Positions 27,112 to 36,409 of a DNA stretch of 54,453 bases are shown here, in pieces. The notes beneath the pieces are model-generated. The model saw nothing but the letters and a program-made list of their open reading frames with translations, was not told the DNA's origin and searched no databases. The stretch is from Patescibacteria group bacterium (GTDB lineage: Bacteria; Patescibacteriota; Patescibacteriia; XYB2-FULL-38-15): contig JBAZJZ010000004.1 in the NCBI GenBank assembly GCA_041650995.1, positions 1 through 54,453 of the forward strand, in the 5' to 3' direction. Position 1 is the first letter of the stretch. Each line of letters starts with the position of its first letter. Position numbers and translations under genes: made by a program.

Positions 27112-28271
27112 AGATACTAATGCTAACATCCCGGTTTGGCTTTGGCTATGGTATGGGTTATTCGGCCTATAAAGAGGCGACTGCCCTCATCTCACTTGGT
27201 CATTCAGTGACCGTAGTGCATTGCTATAGTAGTCCTGAAATTACTAGTTTTTACGATCCGCTGATTACCTTCATCTACTTACCGATTAAAAGAATACCCC
27301 TTATTGGTTTTTTAATGTATTTTTTTCAACTTAAAAAATTTATTAACAAGAGAATAAACATAAAAAATTTTGATTCCGTCTACATTCAATCTCTAGAATT
27401 CGGCTTATTAGATTTAGCGAAAATAAAGATACCGATATTTTATTTTGCTCGGAGTACAATGCTAGGCATGCACCAAGCACTTCAAAATGGAAAGATAAAA
27501 ATTTCACTCCTTCCAAGAATAATCAATTTGGTTCTGGCGGCTCTTGAACGGAGGTGTATGCATTATAGCAAAATGATTTTTGTAAAATCCTGTAAAATGG
27601 CTAGCGAAGTTTCTAGTCTTTATGGTATAAATTCCAACAAAATCGCGGTTATCATAGGGGGCATAGATGATAAAGATTTCCAGATACAACCGGAATTATC
27701 TTGTATGGAATTTCGGCACAAATTTAAAATACCCCCAAATGTTCCGGTCGTGCTCTATGCCGGACGCATTGTGCCGCAAAAGGGATTAATCTATTTGATT
27801 GAAGCATCGTTAAATCTACTTCGAGAAATAAATTTTGTTGTCGTTATTGCAGGTGCTATCATAAACGAGGCATATTACGCAAAAATAAAACGCCTATTAG
27901 ATAATACCACGTACCAAAAATCTTTTTATTTTCTCGGGCATATTAATCAACTAGACATGTCTTTAGTTCTCAATGTAGCAGACTGTCTCGTAACGCCCTC
28001 GTTTTATGAACCCTTTGGCATGGTTAATTTGCAAGCAGCTTTTCTAAATAAAAAAATTATTACAACCGAGATAACTGGTTCTGTTGATGTATTAGCTAAC
28101 TATGAAAAAATGAAAGTTGTTAAAGCCAGATCTTCAACGGCCATTAAGCTAGCTCTACGGGAAGTATTGTTTTGGAAAAACAAAAAAAATCAATCATCTA
28201 TTGATTTTCAAATGTATTCATGGCGTAATGTGGCAGAATATCTTCTGCATTATTTTTCGGAAACTGCTTAA
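27108..28271 (+). CDS. Glycosyltransferase family 4 (GT-B fold)
   Basis: 387-aa ORF. The C-terminal region has YAGRIVPQKG and the E-x7-E motif YEPFGMVNLQA. Confidence 0.85.
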   Translation: MKILMLTSRFGFGYGMGYSAYKEATALISLGHSVTVVHCYSSPEITSFYDPLITFIYLPIKRIPLIGFLMYFFQLKKFINKRINIKNFDSVYIQSLEFGLLDLAKIKIPIFYFARSTMLGMHQALQNGKIKISLLPRIINLVLAALERRCMHYSKMIFVKSCKMASEVSSLYGINSNKIAVIIGGIDDKDFQIQPELSCMEFRHKFKIPPNVPVVLYAGRIVPQKGLIYLIEASLNLLREINFVVVIAGAIINEAYYAKIKRLLDNTTYQKSFYFLGHINQLDMSLVLNVADCLVTPSFYEPFGMVNLQAAFLNKKIITTEITGSVDVLANYEKMKVVKARSSTAIKLALREVLFWKNKKNQSSIDFQMYSWRNVAEYLLHYFSETA

Positions 28272-28325
28272 TAAATTTGGTAATAGTTATAAAAAATTTA
28301 TTAAAGATAACTAGAATATAAATAA

Positions 28326-29264
28326 ATGAGAAAAAAAATACTAGTGACGGGCGGAGCGGGTTTTATTGGATCACATCTTTGCAAAAAGCTACTTCGTGAA
28401 AAAAATGATGTGTTTTGTTTGGATAATTTTTATACGGGAACAAAAGATAACATATTGGATTTGATAGAAAATAAAAGATTTAAACTCTTGCGTCATGACG
28501 TGACACTTCCTCTCTATATTGAAGTTGACCAAATTTATAATTTAGCCTGCCCGGCATCCCCCATTCACTATCAACGCGACCCAGTACAAACAACAAAAAC
28601 ATCCGTGTACGGTGCAATCAATATGCTTGAACTCGCAAAACGTACAAAGGCTAAAATTTTACAAGCTTCGACATCTGAGGTCTATGGGGATCCGGAGGTC
28701 CATCCACAGCCGGAATCATATTGGGGAAAAGTAAATCCAATCGGACTTCGTTCTTGTTATGATGAAGGAAAACGTTGTGCGGAGACTCTTTTTTTTGACT
28801 ATTATCGACAAAACAAAGTTGATATAAGGGTGATTAGAATTTTTAATACTTATGGTCCGAATATGTATCCGAATGATGGCAGGGTTGTTTCAAATTTTCT
28901 CGTTCAGGCGTTGAAAAATGAAGACATGACAATTTATGGTGATGGATCGCAAACACGAAGTTTTCAATATGTTGACGATCTCGTAGATGGCATGATAAAA
29001 ATGATGAATAATGAAGATAATTTTGTTGGGCCAGTTAACATTGGAAGTCCTGAAGAGTTTACCATAAAACAACTTGCAGAAATGATTCTTAAGCTAATTC
29101 CCGAAAGTAAGAGTAGAATTATTTATAAAAAATTACCCCAAGATGATCCGAAACAAAGAAAACCGGATATTACCCTAGCTCGTAAAAATTTAAATTGGCA
29201 ACCTAAAATAAAACTAAAAGACGGCCTCAAAAAAACAATAAAATATTTTGAGAGAATATTATAA
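28326..29264 (+). CDS. UDP-glucuronate decarboxylase (UDP-xylose synthase), SDR family
   Basis: 312-aa ORF with [19 protein letters not shown], the YDEGKR catalytic motif and the [16 protein letters not shown] block typical of UXS enzymes. Confidence 0.88.
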   Translation: MRKKILVTGGAGFIGSHLCKKLLREKNDVFCLDNFYTGTKDNILDLIENKRFKLLRHDVTLPLYIEVDQIYNLACPASPIHYQRDPVQTTKTSVYGAINMLELAKRTKAKILQASTSEVYGDPEVHPQPESYWGKVNPIGLRSCYDEGKRCAETLFFDYYRQNKVDIRVIRIFNTYGPNMYPNDGRVVSNFLVQALKNEDMTIYGDGSQTRSFQYVDDLVDGMIKMMNNEDNFVGPVNIGSPEEFTIKQLAEMILKLIPESKSRIIYKKLPQDDPKQRKPDITLARKNLNWQPKIKLKDGLKKTIKYFERIL

Positions 29265-29294
29265 ATTTATATAAGTCGCTTGTATAAAGATTGA

Positions 29295-29394
29295 TCAGTT
29301 GACAAAATCATTTTTCTATATTATAATTCAAGATTGAAGAAATTAATTTTCTGCTTTCCGGCGGATTTTTTATTTAAACCGGTTATAAATTATG
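29295..29394 (+). promoter_or_regulatory. Copy 2 of the promoter-leader repeat: the typA promoter and 5' leader
   Basis: TTGACA (29299-29304), a 17-nt spacer, then TATAAT (29322-29327). The leader ends at the typA ATG (29392). Confidence 0.75.
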
Positions 29395-31206
29395 AATAAC
29401 ATAAGAAACGTTGCCATTATTGCGCACGTTGATCATGGCAAAACAACCCTGGTTGACGCGCTGCTCCACCAGTCGTCCACCAATGTCGGTAAAGATAATA
29501 TCGGCAGGATTTGTATTATGGATTCAAACGAATTGGAGCGTGAACGCGGCATTACTATTTTTTCCAAAAATGCGTCGGTGCAATGGGGCGAGACAAAAAT
29601 AAATATTATTGATACTCCCGGCCACGCCGACTTTGGCGGCGAAGTGGAACGAGTTTTGAATATGGCCGACGGCTGTCTTTTACTCGTTGACGCTAAAGAA
29701 GGGCCAATGCCTCAAACCAGATTTGTTTTGAAAAAAGCCTTGGAGCTTGGTCATAAAATAATTGTCGTCGTGAATAAAATTGACAAACCGCACGCCCGGC
29801 CGGATTTTGCTCTGGATAAAACTTTTGATTTGTTTGTTGAGCTCGGCGCCTCGGATGACGCTCTAAATTTTCCCGTAATTTACGCTTCAGCAAAACTTGG
29901 GCTTGCAGGAACCGAACCAGACATTTCTAAAATGAAAAATATTTCACCGATTTTTGAAAATATTTTAAAACACATCCCTGCACCAACCGGCAATCCAAAC
30001 GCACCGCTTCAAATGCTTGTGGCCAATATTTCCGGCGACACTTTCAAAGGAAGAATTGGCATCGGCCGAGTTTATAACGGCACGCTAAAAGTCGGCCAAG
30101 AAGTCGCGCACATCAATCGCCAGGGACAAATGGCAAAATACCGCCTGGTATCTTTGATGACTTTTTGCGGACTGGAGCGGGTGGAGACAAAAGAGGTAAC
30201 GGCCGGCGACATCGCGGCCATTTCTGGCGTGCCGAATTTAACCATTGGCGAAACAATCGCCGACGCAGAAAATCCAAAAGCTCTACCGGTTTTGAGTATT
30301 GAGGAGCCGACCGTCAAAATGACTTTTATGATTAATGATTCTCCTTTCGCCGGGCAGGAAGGGCAATTCACCACTTCGCGACAAATTCAAGAACGTTTGC
30401 AAAAAGAACTAGAAAACGACATGGCGCTAAAAGTTGAAGATTCTCCAGATGGCGGATGGATTGTTTCCGGACGAGGCGAATTACATTTATCAATTCTAAT
30501 TGAAAGGATGCGCCGCGAAGGTTTTGAACTTCAAGTTTCCCGGCCAAAAGTTATTGAAAAAGAAATTGACGGAAAAAAAATGACGCCATACGAACGCGTC
30601 TTTGTTGAAGTACCCGAAGCACACTCCGGAATTGTTATTCAAAAATTGGGCAGCCGAAAAGGCGAATTAAAAGATATGAAAACTATTGATGGAATTACTT
30701 ATTTAGAATTTTTAATTCCGACGCGCGGACTTTTTGGTTATCGCAGTGAATTTTTAACTGACACGCGAGGTTTGGGAATTATAAATACAAATTTTGCCGA
30801 GTATCTTCCTGATCCGGGCAACTGGCGCGAACGCGACCAAGGATCTCTCGTGGCTCACGAAACCGGAACGACCAATCTTTACGGCATGATCAATATTCAG
30901 GATCGCGGCGTACTCTTTATCGGTCCTGCCGTTAAAGTATACGAAGGCCAAGTTGTCGGACAAAATGCGCGAAGCGGCGACATCCGCGTTAACGTTTGCA
31001 AGGCCAAAGAGCTTTCTAACATGCGCTCCAAAGGTGACGGTTCAGCTGAACACTTTAACGCGCCAAAGACCATGTATCTTGAAGACGCTCTGGAATATAT
31101 CGGCGATGATGAGCTGGTTGAGGTAACTCCCAAAAACACTCGCATCAGAAAAATTCATTTGGATGAAATTACGGCAAAAAGAATGGCGAGAGCGAATCGG
31201 GAGTAA
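29392..31206 (+). CDS. typA: Translational GTPase TypA/BipA
   Basis: 604-aa ORF with the G motifs AHVDHGKTT, DTPGH and NKID. The overall layout is EF-G-like and matches BipA. Confidence 0.95.
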   Translation: MNNIRNVAIIAHVDHGKTTLVDALLHQSSTNVGKDNIGRICIMDSNELERERGITIFSKNASVQWGETKINIIDTPGHADFGGEVERVLNMADGCLLLVDAKEGPMPQTRFVLKKALELGHKIIVVVNKIDKPHARPDFALDKTFDLFVELGASDDALNFPVIYASAKLGLAGTEPDISKMKNISPIFENILKHIPAPTGNPNAPLQMLVANISGDTFKGRIGIGRVYNGTLKVGQEVAHINRQGQMAKYRLVSLMTFCGLERVETKEVTAGDIAAISGVPNLTIGETIADAENPKALPVLSIEEPTVKMTFMINDSPFAGQEGQFTTSRQIQERLQKELENDMALKVEDSPDGGWIVSGRGELHLSILIERMRREGFELQVSRPKVIEKEIDGKKMTPYERVFVEVPEAHSGIVIQKLGSRKGELKDMKTIDGITYLEFLIPTRGLFGYRSEFLTDTRGLGIINTNFAEYLPDPGNWRERDQGSLVAHETGTTNLYGMINIQDRGVLFIGPAVKVYEGQVVGQNARSGDIRVNVCKAKELSNMRSKGDGSAEHFNAPKTMYLEDALEYIGDDELVEVTPKNTRIRKIHLDEITAKRMARANRE

Positions 31207-31220
31207 CAAAATTAAAATAA

Positions 31221-31250
31221 AAAAACCGCGGAGATTTTTCCGCGGTTTTT
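31221..31250. terminator. Bidirectional terminator between typA and a convergent gene
   Basis: AAAAACCGCGGAGATTTTTCCGCGGTTTTT: an 8-bp stem with flanking A and T runs. Confidence 0.85.
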
Positions 31251-31264
31251 AAATATATTCAATT

Positions 31265-31627
31265 TCAGAACTTGAACATGTCAGCAAATTTTCCAACCAA
31301 AGGAACTGGCTCTTGTTTGCCTCCTGCGGCGTTCACAATTCCCAAAATTACAAGAACTAACAAACCCAACTGCAACAACCTAATGACCCAATAAAAACTA
31401 AACCACCAATACCAGGGAATCAACATTCCAATAAGCCAAATAATTATGCCTATGCAAAAAAGGACCAAACCTTGTTTCACGTGATATTTCACAAACGAAT
31501 CCTTGTGTGCTCCAACTAAAAGCGGGATGAAAAACAGGATGTAGGCTACGATTGCCATACCCGTATTTTTCTCTCCGCCCGCCGGTTTTGGATTTTCTGC
31601 CGGCGCTTGCGGTTTTTGTTCATCCAT
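31265..31627 (-). CDS. DUF4870-like small membrane protein
   Basis: 120-aa ORF with a Pro/Ala-rich N-terminus followed by AIVAYILFFIPLLVGAHKDSFVKYHVKQGLVLF and three TM helices. Confidence 0.65.
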   Translation of the reverse strand: MDEQKPQAPAENPKPAGGEKNTGMAIVAYILFFIPLLVGAHKDSFVKYHVKQGLVLFCIGIIIWLIGMLIPWYWWFSFYWVIRLLQLGLLVLVILGIVNAAGGKQEPVPLVGKFADMFKF

Positions 31628-31656
31628 AATTTTTTAAATTAATTCAAAAAATAATT

Positions 31657-32271
31657 TTATTCGACGCTTACTTCACTAAATATGACAACTCCAACCTCCT
31701 GTCCACCAACCGTATAGGTCACGGTGTATTGAGAGTTATCCTTACTCATCATTAAAGATGCTTCCCCACTACTAACGCCACTCGTGATAACTGAAAAACC
31801 CCGAGAAGAAAAAGCCGAGGTTAATTTATTTAAATCGCCGGCTGTTGTAGTCTTCTTGGTTATAAATTCAACCATGCCCGTTCCCTCGCCCATTCCAAGA
31901 TAATTATTCAAATAACTTGATACTTTTACGCCTCCAAAAACATCGCCAATAACTTCTCCAATATCATTTTTCACCTCACTGACAAAAGGAGTATCCACTC
32001 CAATCTCTTCAGTCGCGCTAAATTTTTCTTCTGGTGTTAGCTCTCTCTCTTCCTCGCCGGTTTCTTCATAATTTTCCATTCCACCAAGTGCCTCCATACT
32101 TTCTGCCCACTTTTGTAAATCACTGGCGTTACCGCCGCCTAAACCTGCGAAACCCGATAAAAATTGCCTGGCCAGACGTTGCTGCTCATATCTTTGCCAC
32201 GCCCAATAGCCGCCGGCCAAAACCGCCACGGCCAAAACGACGATGACCGGGACAAGAACCTTTTTGTTCAT
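31657..32271 (-). CDS. Hypothetical membrane-anchored protein
   Basis: The likely start is the internal Met (MNKKVLVPVIVVLAVAVLAGG). The track ORF extends to 32370. No recognisable motif. Confidence 0.55.
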   Translation of the reverse strand: MNKKVLVPVIVVLAVAVLAGGYWAWQRYEQQRLARQFLSGFAGLGGGNASDLQKWAESMEALGGMENYEETGEEERELTPEEKFSATEEIGVDTPFVSEVKNDIGEVIGDVFGGVKVSSYLNNYLGMGEGTGMVEFITKKTTTAGDLNKLTSAFSSRGFSVITSGVSSGEASLMMSKDNSQYTVTYTVGGQEVGVVIFSEVSVE

Positions 32272-32445
32272 AATTTTAAACTTTAATTCCCCAAAATATT
32301 TAGGGCTGTTTATTAATATTCCTCCTAATCCTATTATACCAAAAAACAAAAGAAAAAACCATAAACCCAATTCTCTTGACCGATAATCTATGCTATAATG
32401 AATTAATTAAATAAAGAACCAAAGTTAATCTTGTTTCTTTTTAAT

Positions 32446-33318
32446 ATGACTCAAAAAATTCGTAAAGTTATTATCCCCGTAGCCGGTTATGGCACCAGAT
32501 TTCTTCCGGCGACCAAAGCCCAGCCAAAAGAAATGTTGCCTATCGTTGATAAGCCTGTTATCCAATATATTGTTGAAGAAGCCGTGGCTTCGGGAATTAC
32601 TGATGTAATTCTTGTGACCGGCGCTTCCAAACGCGCCGTGGAAGACCATTTTGATTATAATTTTGAATTACAAAATTGGCTAAAAAAACAAGGCAAAGAA
32701 GAAATCCGACAGGAGCTAAAAAACATCGCTGATATGGCAAATTTTATTTATATCAGGCAAAAAGGCCCTTACGGTAATGCCACGCCGGTTATGAATTGCC
32801 GGCAAGTTGTGGGAAATGAACCATTCGCTGTTCTCTCGGGCGACGATTTAATTTTAAATGGCGCAAAACCCCGATTAAAACAATTGATTGAAGCTTATGA
32901 AAAATATACTGATCCAGTAATGACAGCTATCAAAGTTACCAGAGAAGAAACAAAAAAATACGGCATGCTTGACGCGCAAAAAATTGAAAAAAATATTTAT
33001 CAAGTTAAAAAAATCGTGGAAAAACCAGGTCCGGAAAAAACTCCGTCGCTTTTAGCCACGCTTTACGGCTATGTTTTAACTCCGGATATTTTTGACGAAT
33101 TGGAAAAATTAAAACCCGGCGCCGGCGGAGAATTTTGGCTCCCAGAAGCCATCGCCGGACTTCTTAAAAAACGCCCTGTTTACGCGTGTGAAATAGACGG
33201 AACTTATTACGACGCCGGTTCAAAAATTGGCTGGCTTAAAGCTAATGTTGATTTGGCCTTATCGCGAAAAGACTTAAAACCGAACTTCTCTAAATATTTG
33301 AAAAAATTAAAGTTTTAG
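32446..33318 (+). CDS. galU: UTP--glucose-1-phosphate uridylyltransferase
   Basis: The first ATG is at 32446 (MTQKIRKVIIPVAGYGTRFLPATKAQPKEMLPIVDKP). Further GalU signature blocks are VEDHFD and YGNATPV. Confidence 0.92.
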   Translation: MTQKIRKVIIPVAGYGTRFLPATKAQPKEMLPIVDKPVIQYIVEEAVASGITDVILVTGASKRAVEDHFDYNFELQNWLKKQGKEEIRQELKNIADMANFIYIRQKGPYGNATPVMNCRQVVGNEPFAVLSGDDLILNGAKPRLKQLIEAYEKYTDPVMTAIKVTREETKKYGMLDAQKIEKNIYQVKKIVEKPGPEKTPSLLATLYGYVLTPDIFDELEKLKPGAGGEFWLPEAIAGLLKKRPVYACEIDGTYYDAGSKIGWLKANVDLALSRKDLKPNFSKYLKKLKF

Positions 33319-33402
33319 TAATTAGTAATTTGTAACTAGTAATTGCGGCTCTTCTTCTCAATTTCTATAAATTACTCAATTACCTAATTACTTAATTACC
33401 AA
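33316..33402. repeat. Gene-less pair of inverted GTAATT/AATTAC short-repeat arrays
   Basis: The left arm is GTAATTA GTAATTT GTAACTA GTAATTG. A 24-nt spacer follows. The right arm is AATTACTC AATTACCT AATTACTT AATTACC. Confidence 0.8.
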
Positions 33403-33412
33403 CGATAATATT

Positions 33413-34804
33413 ATGAAATCAAAATTCCTGCCACTTTTTTTACTTTTTACTTTCATCATCACCGCCGGCCCGATTTGCAAAGGAACGTCGCAAGAAGCTC
33501 AGGAAGCAATGAAGCCAATAAACCTTGTCTACTGGCGGGTTTTTGACGACCAAGACGCTTTTGATGAAATCATCACAGCTTACAAGGCAATCCATCCGAA
33601 TGTTTCTGTCTCTTATCGTAAATTGCGCATGGAAGAATATGAAAAAACTCTTCTAAACGCCCTGGCCGAAGATCGCGGGCCAGACTTATTTTCCATTCCA
33701 AACACTTGGGTGCGCGAATACCAAACCAAAATTCTGCCAATGCCCAAAACTATCACTCTGCCTTACCAGATAACTACAGGCACCGTTAAAAAAGAAACTA
33801 CTATCCAATTGCAAACTACATCGACTCTTTCTCTCCGGGCGCTCAGAACCGATTTTATGGATCAGGTGGCAAAAGATGTCGTTTTAAAATATCAGGCAGG
33901 AGATCAACCGGCCGAAGACAGAATCTATGGCTTGCCCCTTTATCTTGATACTCTGGCACTTTTTTACAATCGCGATATTTTAAATGCCTCCGCTATTCCC
34001 GAACCGCCCCGAACTTGGGCGGAATTTTCAGAGGATGTTAAAAAAATCGCTAAAATTGATAAACAAGGAAATATTTTACAATCTGGCGCGGCGATTGGCA
34101 CGGCAAACAATGTCGAACGAGCGCCGGATATTCTTTCGCTTTTGATGATGCAAAATGGAACAATTATGGCTGATGAAAATGGTAACGCCACTTTTGCCGC
34201 GATGCCCGCGGGAGCAACTCTCATAAACCCTCCCGGCGAAGATGCCTTGGGTTTTTATACTGATTTTGCCTCACCTTATAAAGAGGTTTACACCTGGAAT
34301 AACAATATGCCCAACTCGCTTGAAGCGTTTAGTACCGGCCGCGCGGCTTTCTTCTTTGGCTACTCATATCATATTCCGCAAATCAAAAACCTCGCGCCAA
34401 AATTAAATTTTGCCATCGCAAAAATGCCTCAAATTGAAGGCAGCCAAGAAATAAATTTTGCCAACTATTGGGTGGAAACAGTTTCCACAAAAACTAAAAA
34501 TCAAAATGAGGCCTGGGACTTTTTACAATTTGCCGCTAAAGCCGAGAATGCCCAAAAATATTTGGCTAAAACAAAAAAACCGACCGCACTTCGCTCCCTT
34601 GTGGCGAGCCAGATTGAAGATCTTGATTTAGCAGTCTTTGCTTCCGAACTTTTAACGGCCAAATCTTGGTACCAGGGAATGGACGCTCTAGCCATGGAAA
34701 AAATTCTGAATGAAATGATTGAAAATGTAGTTGCCGGCACGCAAACTCTAAAGGAAGCAATCGGCTTGGCCCAGGGAAGAGTTAATCAAACAATACGGCA
34801 GTAA
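33413..34804 (+). CDS. ABC transporter extracellular solute-binding protein (family 1, sugar type), orphan
   Basis: 463-aa ORF with a signal peptide. It has SBP_bac_1-like blocks (YWRVFDD, GPDLFSIPNTW, YGLPLYLDTLALFYNRD). No permease or ATPase gene is adjacent. Confidence 0.8.
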   Translation: MKSKFLPLFLLFTFIITAGPICKGTSQEAQEAMKPINLVYWRVFDDQDAFDEIITAYKAIHPNVSVSYRKLRMEEYEKTLLNALAEDRGPDLFSIPNTWVREYQTKILPMPKTITLPYQITTGTVKKETTIQLQTTSTLSLRALRTDFMDQVAKDVVLKYQAGDQPAEDRIYGLPLYLDTLALFYNRDILNASAIPEPPRTWAEFSEDVKKIAKIDKQGNILQSGAAIGTANNVERAPDILSLLMMQNGTIMADENGNATFAAMPAGATLINPPGEDALGFYTDFASPYKEVYTWNNNMPNSLEAFSTGRAAFFFGYSYHIPQIKNLAPKLNFAIAKMPQIEGSQEINFANYWVETVSTKTKNQNEAWDFLQFAAKAENAQKYLAKTKKPTALRSLVASQIEDLDLAVFASELLTAKSWYQGMDALAMEKILNEMIENVVAGTQTLKEAIGLAQGRVNQTIRQ

Positions 34805-34830
34805 TTAGGTAATTTGGTAATTAAGTAATT
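34800..34830. repeat. Left arm: four tandem GTAATTnn octamers directly abutting the start of the four-helix-bundle gene
   Basis: GTAATTAG GTAATTTG GTAATTAA GTAATT, followed immediately by the ATG. Confidence 0.8.
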
Positions 34831-35199
34831 ATGGAGCTGGAAGATTTGGAAATTTATAAATTAGCAAGGGAGATTGGCAAAGACGCTTGGAAAATTTATA
34901 ACATATTAAATTGGCAAGACAAAAAGATAATGGGCGATCAATTTATTGCCGCCATAGACTCAATCGGCGCCAATATCTCGGAGGGCTTTGGCCGTTATCA
35001 TTTTCTTGATAAAAATAAATTTAACTACAACTCAAGGGGCTCTTTATTGGAAAGTGTATACTGGCTAAACTTGCTATCTGAAAGAGAAAAAATAACCAAA
35101 GAAACGGCAAATATTTTGCAAAATAAACTTTCAAAATTACACCTGAAATTAAATAATTATATAAATTCAACTAAGCAGCAAGTCAATCGACCCAAATAA
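34831..35199 (+). CDS. Four-helix-bundle protein (family historically annotated as 23S rRNA intervening-sequence protein)
   Basis: 122-aa ORF. The blocks LEIYKLAREI, QFIAAIDSIGANISEGFGRY and SRGSLLESVYWL are characteristic of this family. Confidence 0.85.
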   Translation: MELEDLEIYKLAREIGKDAWKIYNILNWQDKKIMGDQFIAAIDSIGANISEGFGRYHFLDKNKFNYNSRGSLLESVYWLNLLSEREKITKETANILQNKLSKLHLKLNNYINSTKQQVNRPK

Positions 35200-35229
35200 T
35201 TACCTAATTACTTAATTACTCAATTACCC
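35197..35229. repeat. Right arm: four tandem nAATTACn octamers between the four-helix-bundle stop and the first pilin-like gene
   Basis: TAATTACC TAATTACT TAATTACT CAATTACC. Its reverse complement matches the left arm at 25 of 30 positions, with mismatches at the two non-core positions of each octamer. Confidence 0.8.
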
Positions 35230-35658
35230 ATGACATTCAAAAATAAAATTGCTTTAATTTTACTATTTACTGTTTGTTTGTCATTACTCGTTACGCTGCC
35301 GGTTTACGCTTCCTGGCCGGCGACGCCGCTTCTACCACCGTGCACTTCAAGCGGTAACTGCGGATTTAACGATTTTATTTTACTCGGCATTAATTTAACT
35401 AAATTAATTTTAGGAATGGTTGGCTCACTTGCCCTGCTTTTCTTTATTTATGGAGGCGTTGTATTTCTAATAGCCGGAGGAAAATCAGAAATGATTGACA
35501 AAGGAAAAAAGATTATCACGAACGCCGTAATTGGCGTGGCGATAGTGCTTGGCGCCTGGATAATTGTTAACTTTGCTATTGCTGCTATGACTGGCACGCC
35601 GGTTAGTAACGTTAAAATATTTGGCACACAAGATTGGTGGAAAACCCCAGGAGAATAA
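35230..35658 (+). CDS. TrbC/VirB2-like (T4SS-pilin-like) small secreted membrane protein, paralog 1 (divergent)
   Basis: It has a signal peptide and a short Cys-containing head. The two-helix module reads LILGMVGSLALLFFIYGGVVFLIAGGKSEMIDKGKKIITNAVIGVAIVLGAWIIVNF. Confidence 0.7.
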   Translation: MTFKNKIALILLFTVCLSLLVTLPVYASWPATPLLPPCTSSGNCGFNDFILLGINLTKLILGMVGSLALLFFIYGGVVFLIAGGKSEMIDKGKKIITNAVIGVAIVLGAWIIVNFAIAAMTGTPVSNVKIFGTQDWWKTPGE

Positions 35659-35706
35659 ACGACTACTTCGCCTTCCGGAGAAAGTACAACTCCATAATTT
35701 AAAAAT

Positions 35707-36408
35707 ATGAACCCAAAAAAATATTTTAAATTTGTGATTTATATCTGGTCGATTTTATTAATGACCCTGATGTCTACCCAAATGACTTTTGCCGTGACTC
35801 TAGAAGAATTGCGTGCTTTGTCCGGAAGAATGGAAGCTGATTGCGCGGGGATTGAACCAGCAACTCGAATACTAACCGATTTAAATAATCGCATAACCGC
35901 CCTGGAAGAAACAAAAAATAGAAATCAAGAAGTATATGATCGTATGCGACCAGATTGTGGAACTACCATAACTATAGAAGATTGCGAAGCTCAACTTGAC
36001 TTAATTTCAAGCCAGATAACCCAACTTCTTGATTTAATTTCACAACGAAACACTGAAGTAGAAAAAGCTCAGATAGAAATTGACAAATGCCGAGCCGCAA
36101 CTGAAGCCTCTCAAGCGACAACGGGAGCAATAACTGGGACTACTGGCCCAATAGAATGGACTTCGCCAATCGGCGCTGTTTCTCCGACTCAACTTATCGG
36201 TAAGGCTATCAAAACTGTTTTAGGAATTCTCGGCGCGATTGCCCTTTTAATTTTTGTCTACGGCGGTTTTGTCTGGATGACTTCCGGCGGCAGTCCGGAA
36301 AAAATAAAAACGGCGCGCATGACTTTGGTTTGGGCGGTTCTTGGCATGGCCGTAATTTTCTTAAGTTATGCCGCGGTTGATTTTGTCCTTAAAGCTTTTG
36401 GCGTTTAA
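35707..36408 (+). CDS. TrbC/VirB2-like protein, paralog 2, with a coiled-coil/Cys head
   Basis: It has a signal peptide and a ~130-aa helical head with 4 Cys. The module reads LIGKAIKTVLGILGAIALLIFVYGGFVWMTSGGSPEKIKTARMTLVWAVLGMAVIFLSYAAVDFVLKAFGV. Confidence 0.75.
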   Translation: MNPKKYFKFVIYIWSILLMTLMSTQMTFAVTLEELRALSGRMEADCAGIEPATRILTDLNNRITALEETKNRNQEVYDRMRPDCGTTITIEDCEAQLDLISSQITQLLDLISQRNTEVEKAQIEIDKCRAATEASQATTGAITGTTGPIEWTSPIGAVSPTQLIGKAIKTVLGILGAIALLIFVYGGFVWMTSGGSPEKIKTARMTLVWAVLGMAVIFLSYAAVDFVLKAFGV

Positions 36409-36409
36409 A

